DNA of 45,337 nucleotides from a virus (Duplodnaviria; Heunggongvirae; Uroviricota; Caudoviricetes): IMG/VR virus record IMGVR_UViG_2718217885_000006; one strand, 5' to 3'. Shown piece by piece: positions 35,601 to 45,337 of this stretch (position 1 is its first letter; each line of letters starts with the position of its first letter). The notes under the pieces were generated by a model. It saw only the letters and a program-made list of their open reading frames with translations, ran no database searches and was not told where the DNA came from. The position numbers and the translations under genes were made by a program.

Positions 35601-35843
35601 CCTGAAGCAATCATGCCACTGACACGGGCAGCGGACGGCTCTCTTGGGGTCAGGGCCATTGGAAATGTGAATGGTGGCGGTGGATTTGTTTATTCTCCCG
35701 TGTATCACATCAGCATTCAGAATCAAGGGAGCAATGGCGAGATAGATGCGCGCTCAGCCAGGGGACTGGTGGATCTGATCGACAGCAGGGTTGTGTCAAT
35801 TATGCAGTCATCGCGTCGGGATGGAGGATTGTACAGTGCCTGA
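32610..35843 (+). CDS. tail tape measure protein (lambda H-like)
   Basis: 1077 aa; long Ala/Gln-rich helical protein; position after G/GT. Confidence 0.9.
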   Translation: MSVATLRELIIKISANSRSFQSEISRASRMGQDYYRTMQNGGRQSAAASREMRRALAEVTDQINTAKSSALNMAGAFAGAFATGHLISLADEWNSVNARLKQASQSSDDFQVSQRELMAISQRTGTAFSDNASLFARSAASMREYGYSSEEVLKVTEAISTGLKLSGASTAEASSVITQFSQALAQGVLRGEEFNSVNENGDRVIRALAAGMGVARKDLKAMADNGKLTADKVVPALISQLGALRDEYAAMPDTVSSSATKVENAFMAWVGGANEASGVTKTLTGVLNGVADNMDTVAAAAGALVAVGVARYFGNMASSAGSATAGLITAARNEVALAEAQLRGTQIATARARAAVYRAQQAVVAARGTERQAAAEAKLTAAQASLTRNIAARTAAQTTLNTVTSVGSRLLSGALGLVGGVPGLVMLGATAWYTMYQNQEQARESARQYAATIDEIRQKTSAMSLPEASDNEEKTRQALDEQNRLIDEQKSKIKSLQEKIAGYQYVLANPGWTTDNGFMINHMTSVKTVTEGLAEATNQLAVEQSRLTQMQGKAQSIQDVLAGLEERRVALIRQQAAEQNKAYQSLLIMNGQHTEFNRLLGLGNELLQQRQGLVNVPLRLPQATLDDKQQTALNNSERELALSRLKGEARERARLGYAADDLGFVGEAYQTARQNYINNSLDAWRNNQANKPKAHKKTEAEKTEDIYKRLIKQQKEQIALAGQNTELAKMKYQVSQGELSTLSEAQKKTLLQNAALIDQKKIREQLAAYESSLADSNASARASDEAQLLGYGEGSRMRERLQEMWSIRQAFEQKNNELLRQYQAGEIEEALWKQEKELNKKYLEERLSDQQDYYAKADALRNNWNAGLQEGLTNWADSATDYASQAADAVVSTMDGLVSNISDALAGNVVDWRNWGSSVLREVSKILMNAAIVNGLKSLSGAGGWLGTVGGWISGAVANAKGGVYTSANLSAYSNTIVDTPTYFAFAKGAGLMGEAGPEAIMPLTRAADGSLGVRAIGNVNGGGGFVYSPVYHISIQNQGSNGEIDARSARGLVDLIDSRVVSIMQSSRRDGGLYSA

Positions 35844-36177
35844 GCCTGAAGTTTTTAACTGGATCCCCCGTGAGGGGATGGAGACGACACGAAAGCCATC
35901 AGTTATTACGGTAAAGTTTGGTGACGGATATGAACAGCGACGGGCTGGTGGTCTGAATGCGGATCTGAAAACGTTTAAACCGGTATTTCGTGTCACAGAT
36001 GAATATTCCCGTGCCGCGCTGGACAGTTTTTTATCCCGTCATGCCGGGATTCGTGCTTTTTTGTGGCGTCCGCCAAAACACAACAGGACTGTCCGGGTTG
36101 TCTGCAGGGAGTGGAGCATTTCGGATAATACCATGTATACCGATTTTAACTGTACCTTTGAAGAGGTCACTCACTGA
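35836..36177 (+). CDS. M: minor tail protein M
   Basis: GTG start with GGAGGA SD 6 nt upstream; similar to lambda M (VKFGDGYEQRRAGGLNADLKT ... FLWRPP). Confidence 0.8.
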   Translation: MPEPEVFNWIPREGMETTRKPSVITVKFGDGYEQRRAGGLNADLKTFKPVFRVTDEYSRAALDSFLSRHAGIRAFLWRPPKHNRTVRVVCREWSISDNTMYTDFNCTFEEVTH

Positions 36178-36875
36178 TGCAGGATATACAGCAGGAAACA
36201 CTCAATGAGTGCACTAAAACGGAGCAATCCGCGCTGGTCGTGCTCTGGGAAATTGATCTGACAGAGGTCGGCGGAGATCGTTATTTCTTCTGTAATGAGC
36301 AGAACGAAAAAGGTGAACCAGTCACCTGGCAGGGGCGGCAGTATCAGGCTTATCCCATTCAGGGAAGCGGATTTGAGATGAACGGCAAAGGAGCCAGTGC
36401 AAGGCCAACGCTTAAAGTCTCTAATCTGTACGGCATGGTCACCGGGATGGCGGAAGATCTGCAGAGTCTGGTCGGCGGAACGGTGGTCCGGCGTAAGGTT
36501 TACGCCCGTTTTCTGGATGCGGTGAACTTCGTCAACGGAAACAGTGACGCCGATCCGGAGCAGGAGGTGATCAGCCGCTGGCGCATCGAACAGTGCAGCG
36601 AACTGAGCGCGGTCAGTGCCTCTTTTGTGCTGTCCACACCGACGGAAACGGACGGTGCTGTTTTTCCGGGGCGCATCATGCTGGCCAACACCTGCACCTG
36701 GATCTACCGCGGCGATGAGTGCGGTTATGATGGCCCGGCGGTCGCGGATGAATATGATCAGCCGACGTCCGATATCACGAAGGATAAATGCAGCAAATGC
36801 CTGAGCGGCTGTAAGTTTCGCAATAACGTCGGCAACTTTGGCGGCTTCCTTTCCATTAACAAACTTTCGCAGTGA
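36177..36875 (+). CDS. L: minor tail protein L
   Basis: 232 aa; lambda L-like including the C-terminal Cys cluster (DKCSKCLSGCKFRNN). Confidence 0.9.
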   Translation: MQDIQQETLNECTKTEQSALVVLWEIDLTEVGGDRYFFCNEQNEKGEPVTWQGRQYQAYPIQGSGFEMNGKGASARPTLKVSNLYGMVTGMAEDLQSLVGGTVVRRKVYARFLDAVNFVNGNSDADPEQEVISRWRIEQCSELSAVSASFVLSTPTETDGAVFPGRIMLANTCTWIYRGDECGYDGPAVADEYDQPTSDITKDKCSKCLSGCKFRNNVGNFGGFLSINKLSQ

Positions 36876-37624
36876 ATCCCATGACAGAGACAGAATCAGC
36901 GATTCTGGCGCACGCCCGGCGATGTGCGCCAGCGGAGTCGTGCGGCTTCGTGGTGAGAACACCGGAGGGGGAAAGATATTTTCCCTGCGTGAATATCTCC
37001 GGTGAGCCGGAGGCGTATTTCCGGATGTCGCCGGAGGACTGGCTGCGGGCAGAGATGCAGGGTGAGATTGTGGCGCTGGTCCACAGCCACCCCGGTGGTC
37101 TGCCCTGGCTGAGTGAGACCGACCGGCGGCTGCAGGTGCAGAGTGATTTGCCGTGGTGGCTGGTCTGCCGGGGGGCGATTCACAAGTTCCGCTGTGTGCC
37201 ACATCTTTCCGGGCGGCGCTTTGAGCACGGGGTGACGGACTGTTACACGCTGTTCCGGGATGCTTACCATCTGGCGGGGATTGAGATGCCGGATTTTCAT
37301 CGCGAGGATGACTGGTGGCGTAACGGTCAGAATCTCTATCTGGATAATCTGGAGGCCACAGGGCTGTATCAGGTGCCGTTGTCAGCGGCGCAGCCGGGCG
37401 ATGTGCTGCTGTGCTGTTTTGGTTCATCGGTGCCGAATCATGCCGCCATTTACTGTGGTGACAGCGAGCTGCTGCACCATATTCCTGAACAACTGAGCAA
37501 ACGAGAGAGGTACACCGACAAATGGCAGCAACGCACACACTCCCTCTGGCGTCACCGGGCATGGCACGCATCTGCCTTTACGGGGATTTACAACGATTTG
37601 GCCGCCGCATCGACCTTCGAGTGA
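36872..37624 (+). CDS. K: tail assembly protein K (MPN/JAB plus NlpC/P60 domains)
   Basis: Lambda K-like: JAMM motif region (VALVHSHPGG) and NlpC/P60-like Cys/His (GVTDCYTLF ... NHAAIYCG); start GTG 36872 or ATG 36881. Confidence 0.9.
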   Translation: MNPMTETESAILAHARRCAPAESCGFVVRTPEGERYFPCVNISGEPEAYFRMSPEDWLRAEMQGEIVALVHSHPGGLPWLSETDRRLQVQSDLPWWLVCRGAIHKFRCVPHLSGRRFEHGVTDCYTLFRDAYHLAGIEMPDFHREDDWWRNGQNLYLDNLEATGLYQVPLSAAQPGDVLLCCFGSSVPNHAAIYCGDSELLHHIPEQLSKRERYTDKWQQRTHSLWRHRAWHASAFTGIYNDLAAASTFE

Positions 37625-38169
37625 AAACGGGGGCCGAAGCCATCCGGGCGCTGGCCATGCAGATCCCGGCGTTTCGTCAGAAACTGAGTGACGGCTGGTA
37701 TCAGGTACGGATTGCCGGGCGTGATGCAGGTGAAACCGAATTGTCTGCCCGTCTTAATGAGCCGCTGGCAAATGGTGCCGTGATCCACATCGTTCCGCGT
37801 CTGGAGGGGGCCAAAAGTGGCGGTGTGTTTCAGGCGGTGCTGGGTGCGGCGCTGATTGCGGTGGCATGGTGGAACCCTGTGGGCTGGCTGGGGGCCGCGG
37901 CTGTATCGGGTATGTATGCAGCAGGGGCCAGTATGATCCTGGGTGGTGTGGCGCAGATGCTGGCACCGAAAGCCAGGACGCCCACGGCAGCCAGTACAGA
38001 TAACGGCAAACAGAACACGTATTTCTCGTCACTGGATAACATGGTTGCCCAGGGCAATGTTCTGCCCGTTCTGTACGGTGAAATGCGTGTGGGGTCGCGG
38101 GTGGTATCTCAGGAGATCAGCACGGCAGATGAAGGTGATGGTGGTCAGGTTGTGGTGATTGGTCGCTGA
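37522..38169 (+). CDS. I: tail assembly protein I
   Basis: Begins MAATHTLPLASPGMARICLYGDL as in lambda I; overlaps the 3' end of K. Confidence 0.85.
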   Translation: MAATHTLPLASPGMARICLYGDLQRFGRRIDLRVKTGAEAIRALAMQIPAFRQKLSDGWYQVRIAGRDAGETELSARLNEPLANGAVIHIVPRLEGAKSGGVFQAVLGAALIAVAWWNPVGWLGAAAVSGMYAAGASMILGGVAQMLAPKARTPTAASTDNGKQNTYFSSLDNMVAQGNVLPVLYGEMRVGSRVVSQEISTADEGDGGQVVVIGR

Positions 38170-38187
38170 TGAAAAATGTTTTATGTG

Positions 38188-38210
38188 AAACCGCCTCCGG
38201 GCGGTTTTGT
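38188..38210 (+). terminator. terminator-like hairpin between I and J
   Basis: Stem AAACCGCC/GGCGGTTT, 4-nt loop, then TTTTGT. Confidence 0.4.
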
Positions 38211-38229
38211 CGTTTATGGAGCGTGAGGA

Positions 38230-41200
38230 ATGGGTAAAGGCAGCAGTAAGGGGCATACCCCGCGCGAAGCGAAGGACAACCTGAAGTCCACGCAGTTGCT
38301 GAGTGTGATTGATGCCATCAGCGAAGGTCCGGTTGAAGGTCCGGTGGATGGATTAAAAAGCGTGCTGCTGAACAGTACGCCGGTGCTGGACAGCGAGGGG
38401 AATACCAATATCTCCGGCGTCACGGTGGTGTTCCGGGCAGGTGAGCAGGAGCAGACTCCGCCGGAGGGATTTGAATCCTCCGGCTCCGAGACGGTGCTGG
38501 GTACGGAAGTGAAATACGACACGCCGATCACCCGCGCCATCACGTCGGCAAACATCGACCGACTGCGCTTTACCTTCGGTGTGCAGGCACTGGTGGAAAC
38601 CACCTCAAAGGGGGATCGGAATCCGTCGGAAGTCCGCCTGCTGGTTCAGATACAGCGTAATGGTGGCTGGGTGACGGAAAAAGACATCACCATTAAGGGC
38701 AAAACCACCTCGCAGTATCTGGCCTCGGTGGTGGTGGGTAACCTGCCGCCGCGCCCGTTCAGTATACGGATGCGCAGGATGACGCCGGACAGCACCACAG
38801 ACCAGCTGCAGAACAAAACGCTCTGGTCGTCATACACCGAAATCATCGATGTGAAACAGTGCTACCCGAACACGGCACTGGTCGGCGTACAGGTGGATTC
38901 GGAGCAGTTCGGCAGCCAGCAGGTGAGCCGTAATTATCATCTTCGCGGGCGCATTCTGCAGGTGCCGTCGAACTATAACCCGCAGACGCGGCAATACAGC
39001 GGTATCTGGGACGGAACGTTAAAACCGGCATACAGCAACAACATGGCCTGGTGTCTGTGGGATATGCTGACCCATCCGCGCTACGGCATGGGGAAACGTC
39101 TTGGTGCGGCGGATGTGGATAAATGGGCGCTGTATGTCATCGGCCAGAATTGCGACCAGTCGGTGCCGGACGGCTTTGGCGGCACGGAGCCGCGCATCAC
39201 CTGTAACGCTTACCTGACCACACAGCGCAAGGCGTGGGATGTGCTCAGTGATTTCTGCTCGGCGATGCGCTGTATGCCGGTATGGAACGGGCAGACGCTG
39301 ACGTTCGTGCAGGACCGACCATCAGATAAGGTGTGGACCTATAACCGCAGTAATGTGGTGATGCCGGATGATGGCGCGCCGTTCCGCTACAGCTTCAGCG
39401 CCCTGAAAGACCGCCATAATGCCGTTGAGGTGAACTGGATTGACCCGAACAACGGCTGGGAGACGGCGACAGAGCTTGTGGAGGACACGCAGGCCATTGC
39501 CCGTTACGGTCGTAACGTCACGAAGATGGATGCTTTTGGCTGTACCAGCCGGGGGCAGGCACACCGCGCCGGGCTGTGGCTGATTAAAACAGAACTGCTG
39601 GAAACGCAGACCGTGGACTTCAGCGTGGGCGCAGAAGGGCTTCGCCATGTGCCGGGCGATGTCATTGAAATCTGTGATGATGACTATGCCGGTATCAGCA
39701 TCGGCGGGCGCGTGCTGGCGGTGAACAGCCAGACCCGGACGCTGACGCTCGACCGTGAAATCACGCTGCCATCCTCCGGCACCACGCTGATAAGCCTGGT
39801 TGACGGAAATGGCAATCCGGTCAGCGTGGAGGTTCAGTCCGTCACCGACGGCATGAAGGTGAAAGTGAGCCGTGTTCCTGACGGCGTTGCCGAATACAGC
39901 GTGTGGGGGCTGAAGCTGCCGACGCTGCGCCAGCGCCTGTTCCGCTGCGTGAGTATCCGTGAGAACGACGACGGCACGTATGCCATCACTGCCGTGCAGC
40001 ATGTACCGGAAAAAGAAGCCATCGTGGATAACGGGGCGCACTTTGACGGCGACCAGAGCGGCACGGTGAATGGTGTCACACCGCCAGCGGTGCAGCACCT
40101 TACCGCCGAAGTCACCGCAGACAGCGGGGAGTATCAGGTACTGGCCCGCTGGGACACGCCGAAGGTGGTGAAGGGCGTGAGCTTCATGCTTCGCCTGACC
40201 GTGGCAGCGGACGACGGCAGTGAGCGGCTGGTCAGCACAGCCCGGACGACGGAAACCACATACCGCTTCAGACAACTGGCGCTGGGGCGTTATATGCTGA
40301 CGGTCCGGGCTGTAAATGCCCGGGGGCAGCAGGGTGATCCGGCGTCGGTATCGTTCCGGATTGCGGCACCGGCAGCGCCTGTCACTATTGAACTGATACC
40401 GGGGTATTTTCAGATAACGGCAGTCCCGCGTCTTGCGGTGTATGACCCGACGGTACAGTTTGAGTTCTGGTTCTCGGAAAAACGGATTGCTGATATCAGG
40501 CAGGTTGAAACCACAGCCCGCTATCTTGGCACGGCGCTGTACTGGATAGCTGCCAGTATTAATATCAGGCCGGGCCATGATTATTACTTTTATATCCGCA
40601 GTGTGAACATCGTCGGTAAATCAGCGTTTGTGGAAGCTGTCGGCCGGCCGGTTAATGATGCTGAGGTGTATCTCAATTTTTTTGAAGGGAAAATAAACAG
40701 CACCCTGCTGGGGCAGGAGCTGAACGATCGTATTAATGCCTCGGCATTGCGCAGTGAAGTTGAGCAACTGGAGGATGAGATCAATCAGCAGATAGAGAGT
40801 GATATTGCTGAAGTGACCCAAAAAATCGGGGAGACAGAAAACAGCCTCACACAGCTGGTTGCGAAAAAAAATGATGAGCTGTCACTGGGTATATCACAGG
40901 TGAGCCAGAGAGTGGATAACGTCAGCAGCGAACTCACGCAGACGGTCAGTCAGAGTAATGAGGAGAATGCACGCCAGATAGCGCAGGTTCGCCAGTATGT
41001 GGATCAAAAAAGCAGTGAAATCATGACGACAACGGACCAGAAGCTGGGAGATCAGGAGGCCACCATCCAGCAGATACAAAAGGTTCAGACGGACACCAGT
41101 AATAACCTGAACAGTATGTGGGCCGTGAAACTGCAGCAGATGCAGGATGGTCGCCTTTATATTGCGGGTATCGGTGCCGGTATTGAGAACACCCCTGACG

Positions 41201-41928
41201 GCATGCAGAGCCAGGTGCTGCTGGCGGCAGACAGGATTGCGATGATTAATCCTGCGAATGGCAACACAAAGCCGATGTTTGTTGGTCAGGGCGATCAGAT
41301 ATTCATGAACGACGTGTTCCTGAAACGCCTGACGGCTCCCACCATTACCAGCGGCGGCAATCCGCCGGTATTTTCCCTGACACCGGACGGGCGGCTGACG
41401 GCGAAAAATGCCGATATCAGCGGTAACGTGAATGCGAACTCCGGGACGCTCAACAACGTCACGATTAACGAGAACTGTCGGGTTCTGGGAAAACTGTCCG
41501 CCAACCAGATTGAAGGCGATCTCGTTAAAACAGTGGGCAAAGCTTTCCCCCGGGACTCCCGTGCACCGGAACGGTGGCCATCAGGGACCATCACCGTCAG
41601 GGTTTATGACGATCAGCCGTTTGACCGGCAGATTGTTATTCCGGCGGTGGCATTCAGCGGCGCTAAACATGAGCGGGAGAATAACGATATTTATTCGTCA
41701 TGCCGCCTGATAGTACGGAAAAACGGTGCTGAAATTTATAACCGTACCGCGCTGGATAATACGCTGATTTACAGTGGCGTTATTGATATGCCAGCTGGTC
41801 GCGGCCACATGACGCTGGAGTTTTCGGTGTCATCATGGCTGGTAAATGACTGGTATCCCACAGCAAGTATCAGCGATTTGCTGGTTGTGGTGATGAAGAA
41901 AGCCACCGCAGGCATCAGTATCAGCTGA
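38230..41928 (+). CDS. J: tail tip / central tail fibre protein J
   Basis: 1232 aa; N-terminal ~950 aa nearly collinear with lambda J as recalled ([34 protein letters not shown]...); the central segment and C-terminal ~130 aa appear divergent. Confidence 0.95.
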   Translation: MGKGSSKGHTPREAKDNLKSTQLLSVIDAISEGPVEGPVDGLKSVLLNSTPVLDSEGNTNISGVTVVFRAGEQEQTPPEGFESSGSETVLGTEVKYDTPITRAITSANIDRLRFTFGVQALVETTSKGDRNPSEVRLLVQIQRNGGWVTEKDITIKGKTTSQYLASVVVGNLPPRPFSIRMRRMTPDSTTDQLQNKTLWSSYTEIIDVKQCYPNTALVGVQVDSEQFGSQQVSRNYHLRGRILQVPSNYNPQTRQYSGIWDGTLKPAYSNNMAWCLWDMLTHPRYGMGKRLGAADVDKWALYVIGQNCDQSVPDGFGGTEPRITCNAYLTTQRKAWDVLSDFCSAMRCMPVWNGQTLTFVQDRPSDKVWTYNRSNVVMPDDGAPFRYSFSALKDRHNAVEVNWIDPNNGWETATELVEDTQAIARYGRNVTKMDAFGCTSRGQAHRAGLWLIKTELLETQTVDFSVGAEGLRHVPGDVIEICDDDYAGISIGGRVLAVNSQTRTLTLDREITLPSSGTTLISLVDGNGNPVSVEVQSVTDGMKVKVSRVPDGVAEYSVWGLKLPTLRQRLFRCVSIRENDDGTYAITAVQHVPEKEAIVDNGAHFDGDQSGTVNGVTPPAVQHLTAEVTADSGEYQVLARWDTPKVVKGVSFMLRLTVAADDGSERLVSTARTTETTYRFRQLALGRYMLTVRAVNARGQQGDPASVSFRIAAPAAPVTIELIPGYFQITAVPRLAVYDPTVQFEFWFSEKRIADIRQVETTARYLGTALYWIAASINIRPGHDYYFYIRSVNIVGKSAFVEAVGRPVNDAEVYLNFFEGKINSTLLGQELNDRINASALRSEVEQLEDEINQQIESDIAEVTQKIGETENSLTQLVAKKNDELSLGISQVSQRVDNVSSELTQTVSQSNEENARQIAQVRQYVDQKSSEIMTTTDQKLGDQEATIQQIQKVQTDTSNNLNSMWAVKLQQMQDGRLYIAGIGAGIENTPDGMQSQVLLAADRIAMINPANGNTKPMFVGQGDQIFMNDVFLKRLTAPTITSGGNPPVFSLTPDGRLTAKNADISGNVNANSGTLNNVTINENCRVLGKLSANQIEGDLVKTVGKAFPRDSRAPERWPSGTITVRVYDDQPFDRQIVIPAVAFSGAKHERENNDIYSSCRLIVRKNGAEIYNRTALDNTLIYSGVIDMPAGRGHMTLEFSVSSWLVNDWYPTASISDLLVVVMKKATAGISIS

Positions 41929-41947
41929 ATTTTATAACCCATATACG

Positions 41948-41971
41948 GGCGCCAGAAATGGCGCCTTTTTT
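41948..41971 (+). terminator. intrinsic terminator after J
   Basis: Stem GGCGCC/GGCGCC, loop AGAAAT, then TTTTTT. Confidence 0.55.
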
Positions 41972-41995
41972 ATTGCAGAAAAGCGAGAGGTAATT

Positions 41996-42595
41996 ATGCG
42001 TAAATTATGTGCTGTTATTTTGTCCGCAGTAGTCTGGCAGATCGCCGCTGCTACGCCAGCGAGTGCAGCAGAGCATCAGTCCACACTAAGCGGCGGGTAT
42101 CTTCAGTCCCATACTGATATGCCCGGAAACGATGACCTGAAGGGCATTAACGTGAAATACCGTTATGAATTTACGGACACGCTGGGGCTGGTGACGTCAT
42201 TCAGCTATGCAGGAGACAAGAATCGCCAGCTGACCCGTTACAGTGATACCCGCTGGCATGAAGATTCCGTTCGTAACCGCTGGTTCAGCGTAATGGCGGG
42301 GCCGTCTGTGCGCGTGAATGAATGGTTCAGCGCGTATGCGATGGCGGGTGTGGCTTACAGCCGTGTGTCGACTTTCTCCGGGGATTATCTCCGCGTAACT
42401 GACAATAAGGGGAAAACGCACGATGTGCTGACCGGAAGTGATGACGGTCGCCACAGCAACACGTCTCTGGCGTGGGGAGCTGGCGTGCAGTTTAACCCGA
42501 CCGAATCCGTGGCCATTGATATTGCTTATGAAGGCTCCGGCAGTGGCGACTGGCGCACTGACGGTTTCATCGTGGGTGTCGGTTATAAATTCTGA
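41996..42595 (+). CDS. lom: outer-membrane beta-barrel protein Lom (Ail/Lom family)
   Basis: 199 aa; signal peptide; C-terminal DIAYEGSGSGDWRTDGFIVGVGYKF as in lambda Lom. Confidence 0.9.
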   Translation: MRKLCAVILSAVVWQIAAATPASAAEHQSTLSGGYLQSHTDMPGNDDLKGINVKYRYEFTDTLGLVTSFSYAGDKNRQLTRYSDTRWHEDSVRNRWFSVMAGPSVRVNEWFSAYAMAGVAYSRVSTFSGDYLRVTDNKGKTHDVLTGSDDGRHSNTSLAWGAGVQFNPTESVAIDIAYEGSGSGDWRTDGFIVGVGYKF

Positions 42596-42621
42596 TTAGC
42601 CAGGTAACACAGTGTTATGAC

Positions 42622-42648
42622 AGCCCGCCGGTTCAGGCGGGCTTTTTT
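42622..42648 (+). terminator. intrinsic terminator after lom
   Basis: Stem AGCCCGCC/GGCGGGCT, 6-nt loop, then TTTTTT. Confidence 0.55.
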
Positions 42649-42659
42649 GTGGGGTGAAT

Positions 42660-44750
42660 ATGGCAGTAAAGATTTCAGGTGTCCTGAAGGACGGAGCGGG
42701 TGAGCCTGTCGTAAACTGTGCGATTGAATTGCGTGCCAGAAGAACCAGTCCGACAGTTGTGGTTAATATTGTGGCAACCTGTCTTACGGGAAGTGATGGC
42801 GGGTATACTATTAATGCTGAGCCGGGATTTTATGATGTATTTTTGTCCCGCTCAGGGCATCCTCCTGTAAAGGCGGGGGAAATTTATGTTGCACCGACAG
42901 ATGAGCCGGATACGCTGAATGCTTTTCTGGATGCACCAAAGGAGGGTGATTTACGCCCTGAGGTAATGAAGCGTTTTGAGGAAATGGTAAATACCGTTGT
43001 TCGCTTGTCTGAGCAGGTGGTCAGTGACAGGGAGAGAGCAGAAACAGCTGCTGATGATGCAATCAATGCAGCAACATCTGCGGCGGTTAGTAAGGATGAG
43101 GCAGAAGAGCTAAAAAATCAGACACAGCAGAGCGCCGAAGCTGCAGCCGGAAACGCACAGCAGACGGCACAGGATGTGACGACAACCGCAACGGCCCGTG
43201 ATGATGCGGAACGTTTTGCGGGTGAGGCTGAAAACAGCGCACAGACATCAGGCACAGCGCGGGACGAATCAGTCGATGCCGCCGAACGTGCCCGCCTTTA
43301 TCATAATACCGCATCATCAGCAGCGACCAGTTCAGAACTGTCGGCAAATGCTGCGCTGGGGCACAAAAACAGTGCCGCCGAATACGCCCGACAGGCTAAA
43401 GCCAGCCAGGATGCAGGTGCAGACAATGCGCAGGAAGCGAAACAGTACAGGGATGAGGCGCAGCAGATAGTTGATGACCTGAATGCAACAAATGCCAGCA
43501 CGACAGAAAAAGGTCTGGTGCAACTCTGTAGTTATACGGACAACGACAGCGAGGAACTGGCTGCCACGCCAAAGGCTGTCAAAGCCGTCATGGACGAAAC
43601 GAAAACAAAAGCGCCACTGGACAGCCCGGCCTTCACCGGCACCCCAACCACCCCAACCCCACCGGATGATGCCGCCGGTCTGGAAGCAGCGAACGCAGCG
43701 TTTGTGCGCAAACTGCTTGCTGCGCTGGTTGGCTCATCACCGGAAGTTCTGGACACCCTGAACGAACTGGCAGCGGCGCTGGGCAATGACCCGAACTTTG
43801 CGACGACAATCACAAACGCGCTGGCAGGCAAACAACCGCTTAATGACGTCTTAACGGCAATCAGCGCACTGACGCAACGGGCAGATAATCTTCTGTACTT
43901 CAATACAGACGGGAATGCCTCACTGTCTCTGCTGTCAGAGAAGGGCCGCGCATTGCTGGCGCATGACACGGCTGAAGCCATGCGCACGGAGCTTGAGCTG
44001 AGCGCGGCTGCGACGATGGAACCCCAGAGTGATATCCGTGACCGCACACCGGGCAGGCTGGCCCTGTCCGGGATGTATGGGTTTGGACAGGCATTCACCA
44101 GCGCCGAAGCTCTGTCATTTAACGGACAGGCTGATTTCGTTATATGGCTGCAGACAGTCACCCCGGGGCGGTATGCGGTCAGTATTGCGGACTCCTCCAC
44201 GCTGCTGGTGGGCACCACGAAATTTAACGGTATCATTGATGTGATGTGGTCACCCTCTGATAACAATGGTTCAGACTCAGCGCGTAAATTCAAAACGCTG
44301 CTGTACTACAACCAGTATTACGAGGATGAGCACAGCATACATTGTATGCGTTATCGCTACAGTGGTAACAGCTGGAATGCAACATCAAGCCTTATTGTGT
44401 ATGACGGCAACTCCCTGGCATATCTGATGTCCTCAACCGCCGGTAATGGCCCGTTCTCATATTACCAATACCCGGCCGTCGGTGTGCCGATTATGGCGGT
44501 ATATCAGGGAGAAAGTTTTGGTGAAAATGCTTCTCTGGGACTCGGTGATACTGTGCCGGGTTCCCGTCTTGGTCCTCTGGCCATGAGTGCACAGGTTAGT
44601 GATACAGGGACATACGCATCCTCACCGCAGGTTGTGATTGGCGGTGCCGGTGAATACAACTTCCCCGGTCGTTACACGGCGCTTTCGGGCCTGGGTAACA
44701 ATTATGGTACTCAGCGTGGCTTTATCGGTCTTTTTGTACGCATTGAGTAA
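42660..44750 (+). CDS. stf: side tail fibre protein (Stf-like)
   Basis: Start at ATG (MAVKISGVLKDG...) matching the lambda Stf N-terminus; Ala/Ser-rich central shaft; conserved ATPKAVKAVMDE and LNELAAALGNDP blocks; C-terminal ~250 aa appears unrelated to lambda. Confidence 0.85.
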   Translation: MAVKISGVLKDGAGEPVVNCAIELRARRTSPTVVVNIVATCLTGSDGGYTINAEPGFYDVFLSRSGHPPVKAGEIYVAPTDEPDTLNAFLDAPKEGDLRPEVMKRFEEMVNTVVRLSEQVVSDRERAETAADDAINAATSAAVSKDEAEELKNQTQQSAEAAAGNAQQTAQDVTTTATARDDAERFAGEAENSAQTSGTARDESVDAAERARLYHNTASSAATSSELSANAALGHKNSAAEYARQAKASQDAGADNAQEAKQYRDEAQQIVDDLNATNASTTEKGLVQLCSYTDNDSEELAATPKAVKAVMDETKTKAPLDSPAFTGTPTTPTPPDDAAGLEAANAAFVRKLLAALVGSSPEVLDTLNELAAALGNDPNFATTITNALAGKQPLNDVLTAISALTQRADNLLYFNTDGNASLSLLSEKGRALLAHDTAEAMRTELELSAAATMEPQSDIRDRTPGRLALSGMYGFGQAFTSAEALSFNGQADFVIWLQTVTPGRYAVSIADSSTLLVGTTKFNGIIDVMWSPSDNNGSDSARKFKTLLYYNQYYEDEHSIHCMRYRYSGNSWNATSSLIVYDGNSLAYLMSSTAGNGPFSYYQYPAVGVPIMAVYQGESFGENASLGLGDTVPGSRLGPLAMSAQVSDTGTYASSPQVVIGGAGEYNFPGRYTALSGLGNNYGTQRGFIGLFVRIE

Positions 44751-44764
44751 TGAGGAAATCAGGC

Positions 44765-45337
44765 ATGAAAATCAGAGCGGTGAAAGGTATCAGAAACGCA
44801 CATTATCTTGAAAATGGTGCGGTTGACTGCGAGGTGTTATTTGAAGGTGAAACGGAGTTCGCCCTGTATACTGCCATACAGGATGATATGGCCCCGACAG
44901 GCCAGCATGTCTGGCAGGAGCTGCAAAGCGGGAAATGGGGCGAAATCGCCCCGTTCACCGTCACGCCGGAACTTATTGCAGCGGCAAAGGATGCCAAAAG
45001 GCGGGAAATTGAGGCATGGCGCGACAGTCAGGAAAACGTTGAGTTTATTTTCACGTTTGATGGCCGTCGTTTTGATGGCGGAAAAACCTCGCAGTCACGC
45101 CTTGCCCCCGTGGTTGCAACAGCACAGGCCGGACTGCTTCCGGATGGTTTTTTCTGGACTGATGCGGATAATAACAACGTCGTACTGACCAGGGAGAAAC
45201 TTATTGCGCTGAACGATGCCATGATGGTGGCCATGGTGGCGGAGGGCTTTAAAATCCACGAACGCCAGCGCGAGATGAAGGAACAACTGAATAATCTGAA
45301 TGACTTGGCTTCAATTCGAGCGCTTGACGTTACGTAA
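44765..45337 (+). CDS. tfa: tail fibre assembly protein (Tfa-like)
   Basis: About 190 aa ending with the stop at the window edge; ATG with GAGGA SD; position after stf and Tfa-like N-terminal region. Confidence 0.75.
   Translation: MKIRAVKGIRNAHYLENGAVDCEVLFEGETEFALYTAIQDDMAPTGQHVWQELQSGKWGEIAPFTVTPELIAAAKDAKRREIEAWRDSQENVEFIFTFDGRRFDGGKTSQSRLAPVVATAQAGLLPDGFFWTDADNNNVVLTREKLIALNDAMMVAMVAEGFKIHERQREMKEQLNNLNDLASIRALDVT

Noticed and set aside
36171-37571. 466-aa minus-strand ORF across the L and K genes
   Set aside because: Antisense to two genes with clear lambda L and K similarity; product is Pro/Ala/Arg/Ser-rich low-complexity sequence typical of a GC-rich shadow frame.
39322-40578. 418-aa minus-strand ORF inside J
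   Set aside because: Antisense to the conserved J coding sequence; Arg/His/Ala-rich composition with no protein-like features.
43532-44293. 253-aa minus-strand ORF inside stf
   Set aside because: Antisense shadow of the Ala/Ser-rich tail-fibre shaft; low-complexity product.
1-45337. Attempt to locate attL/attR or an attP core
   Set aside because: The integrase ends at coordinate 1 and the tail-fibre assembly gene at the last base, so the attachment sites and host flanks must lie outside the window.

Overview
The window is almost an entire lambdoid prophage of an Enterobacteriaceae host (probably Escherichia-type; tail proteins closely match phage lambda as I recall them, with no database search possible). 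The integrase ends exactly at the left edge and the tail-fibre assembly gene at the right edge, so attL/attR lie outside the window. Order left to right: int/xis; a ~4 kb leftward accessory operon block; cI/cro immunity region with repeated TGATAC operator-like half-sites; early-right genes (two Rha-type regulators, a FinO/ProQ-domain protein, O-like initiator, DnaC-like loader, DnaB-like helicase, RusA, Q) and a tR'-like terminator; a moron block (AraC-family regulator, a complete IS66-family element with 8-bp target duplication, TerB-like gene, truncated nanS-p-like esterase); a lysis cassette (holin, SAR-type GH24 endolysin, Rz/Rz1) interrupted by two unknown genes; HNH endonuclease; an HK97-like head module; and a lambda-like tail module (G/GT frameshift chaperone, H, M, L, K, I, J, Lom, Stf, Tfa). 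No rRNA, tRNA or CRISPR array was seen. The best candidates for an undescribed system are the cargo inserted between holin and endolysin, the HTH-XRE plus partner module immediately downstream of cI, the FinO-domain gene with its terminator-bounded 3' region, and the SPFH lipoprotein pair; all functional calls for these are inference from sequence and position.
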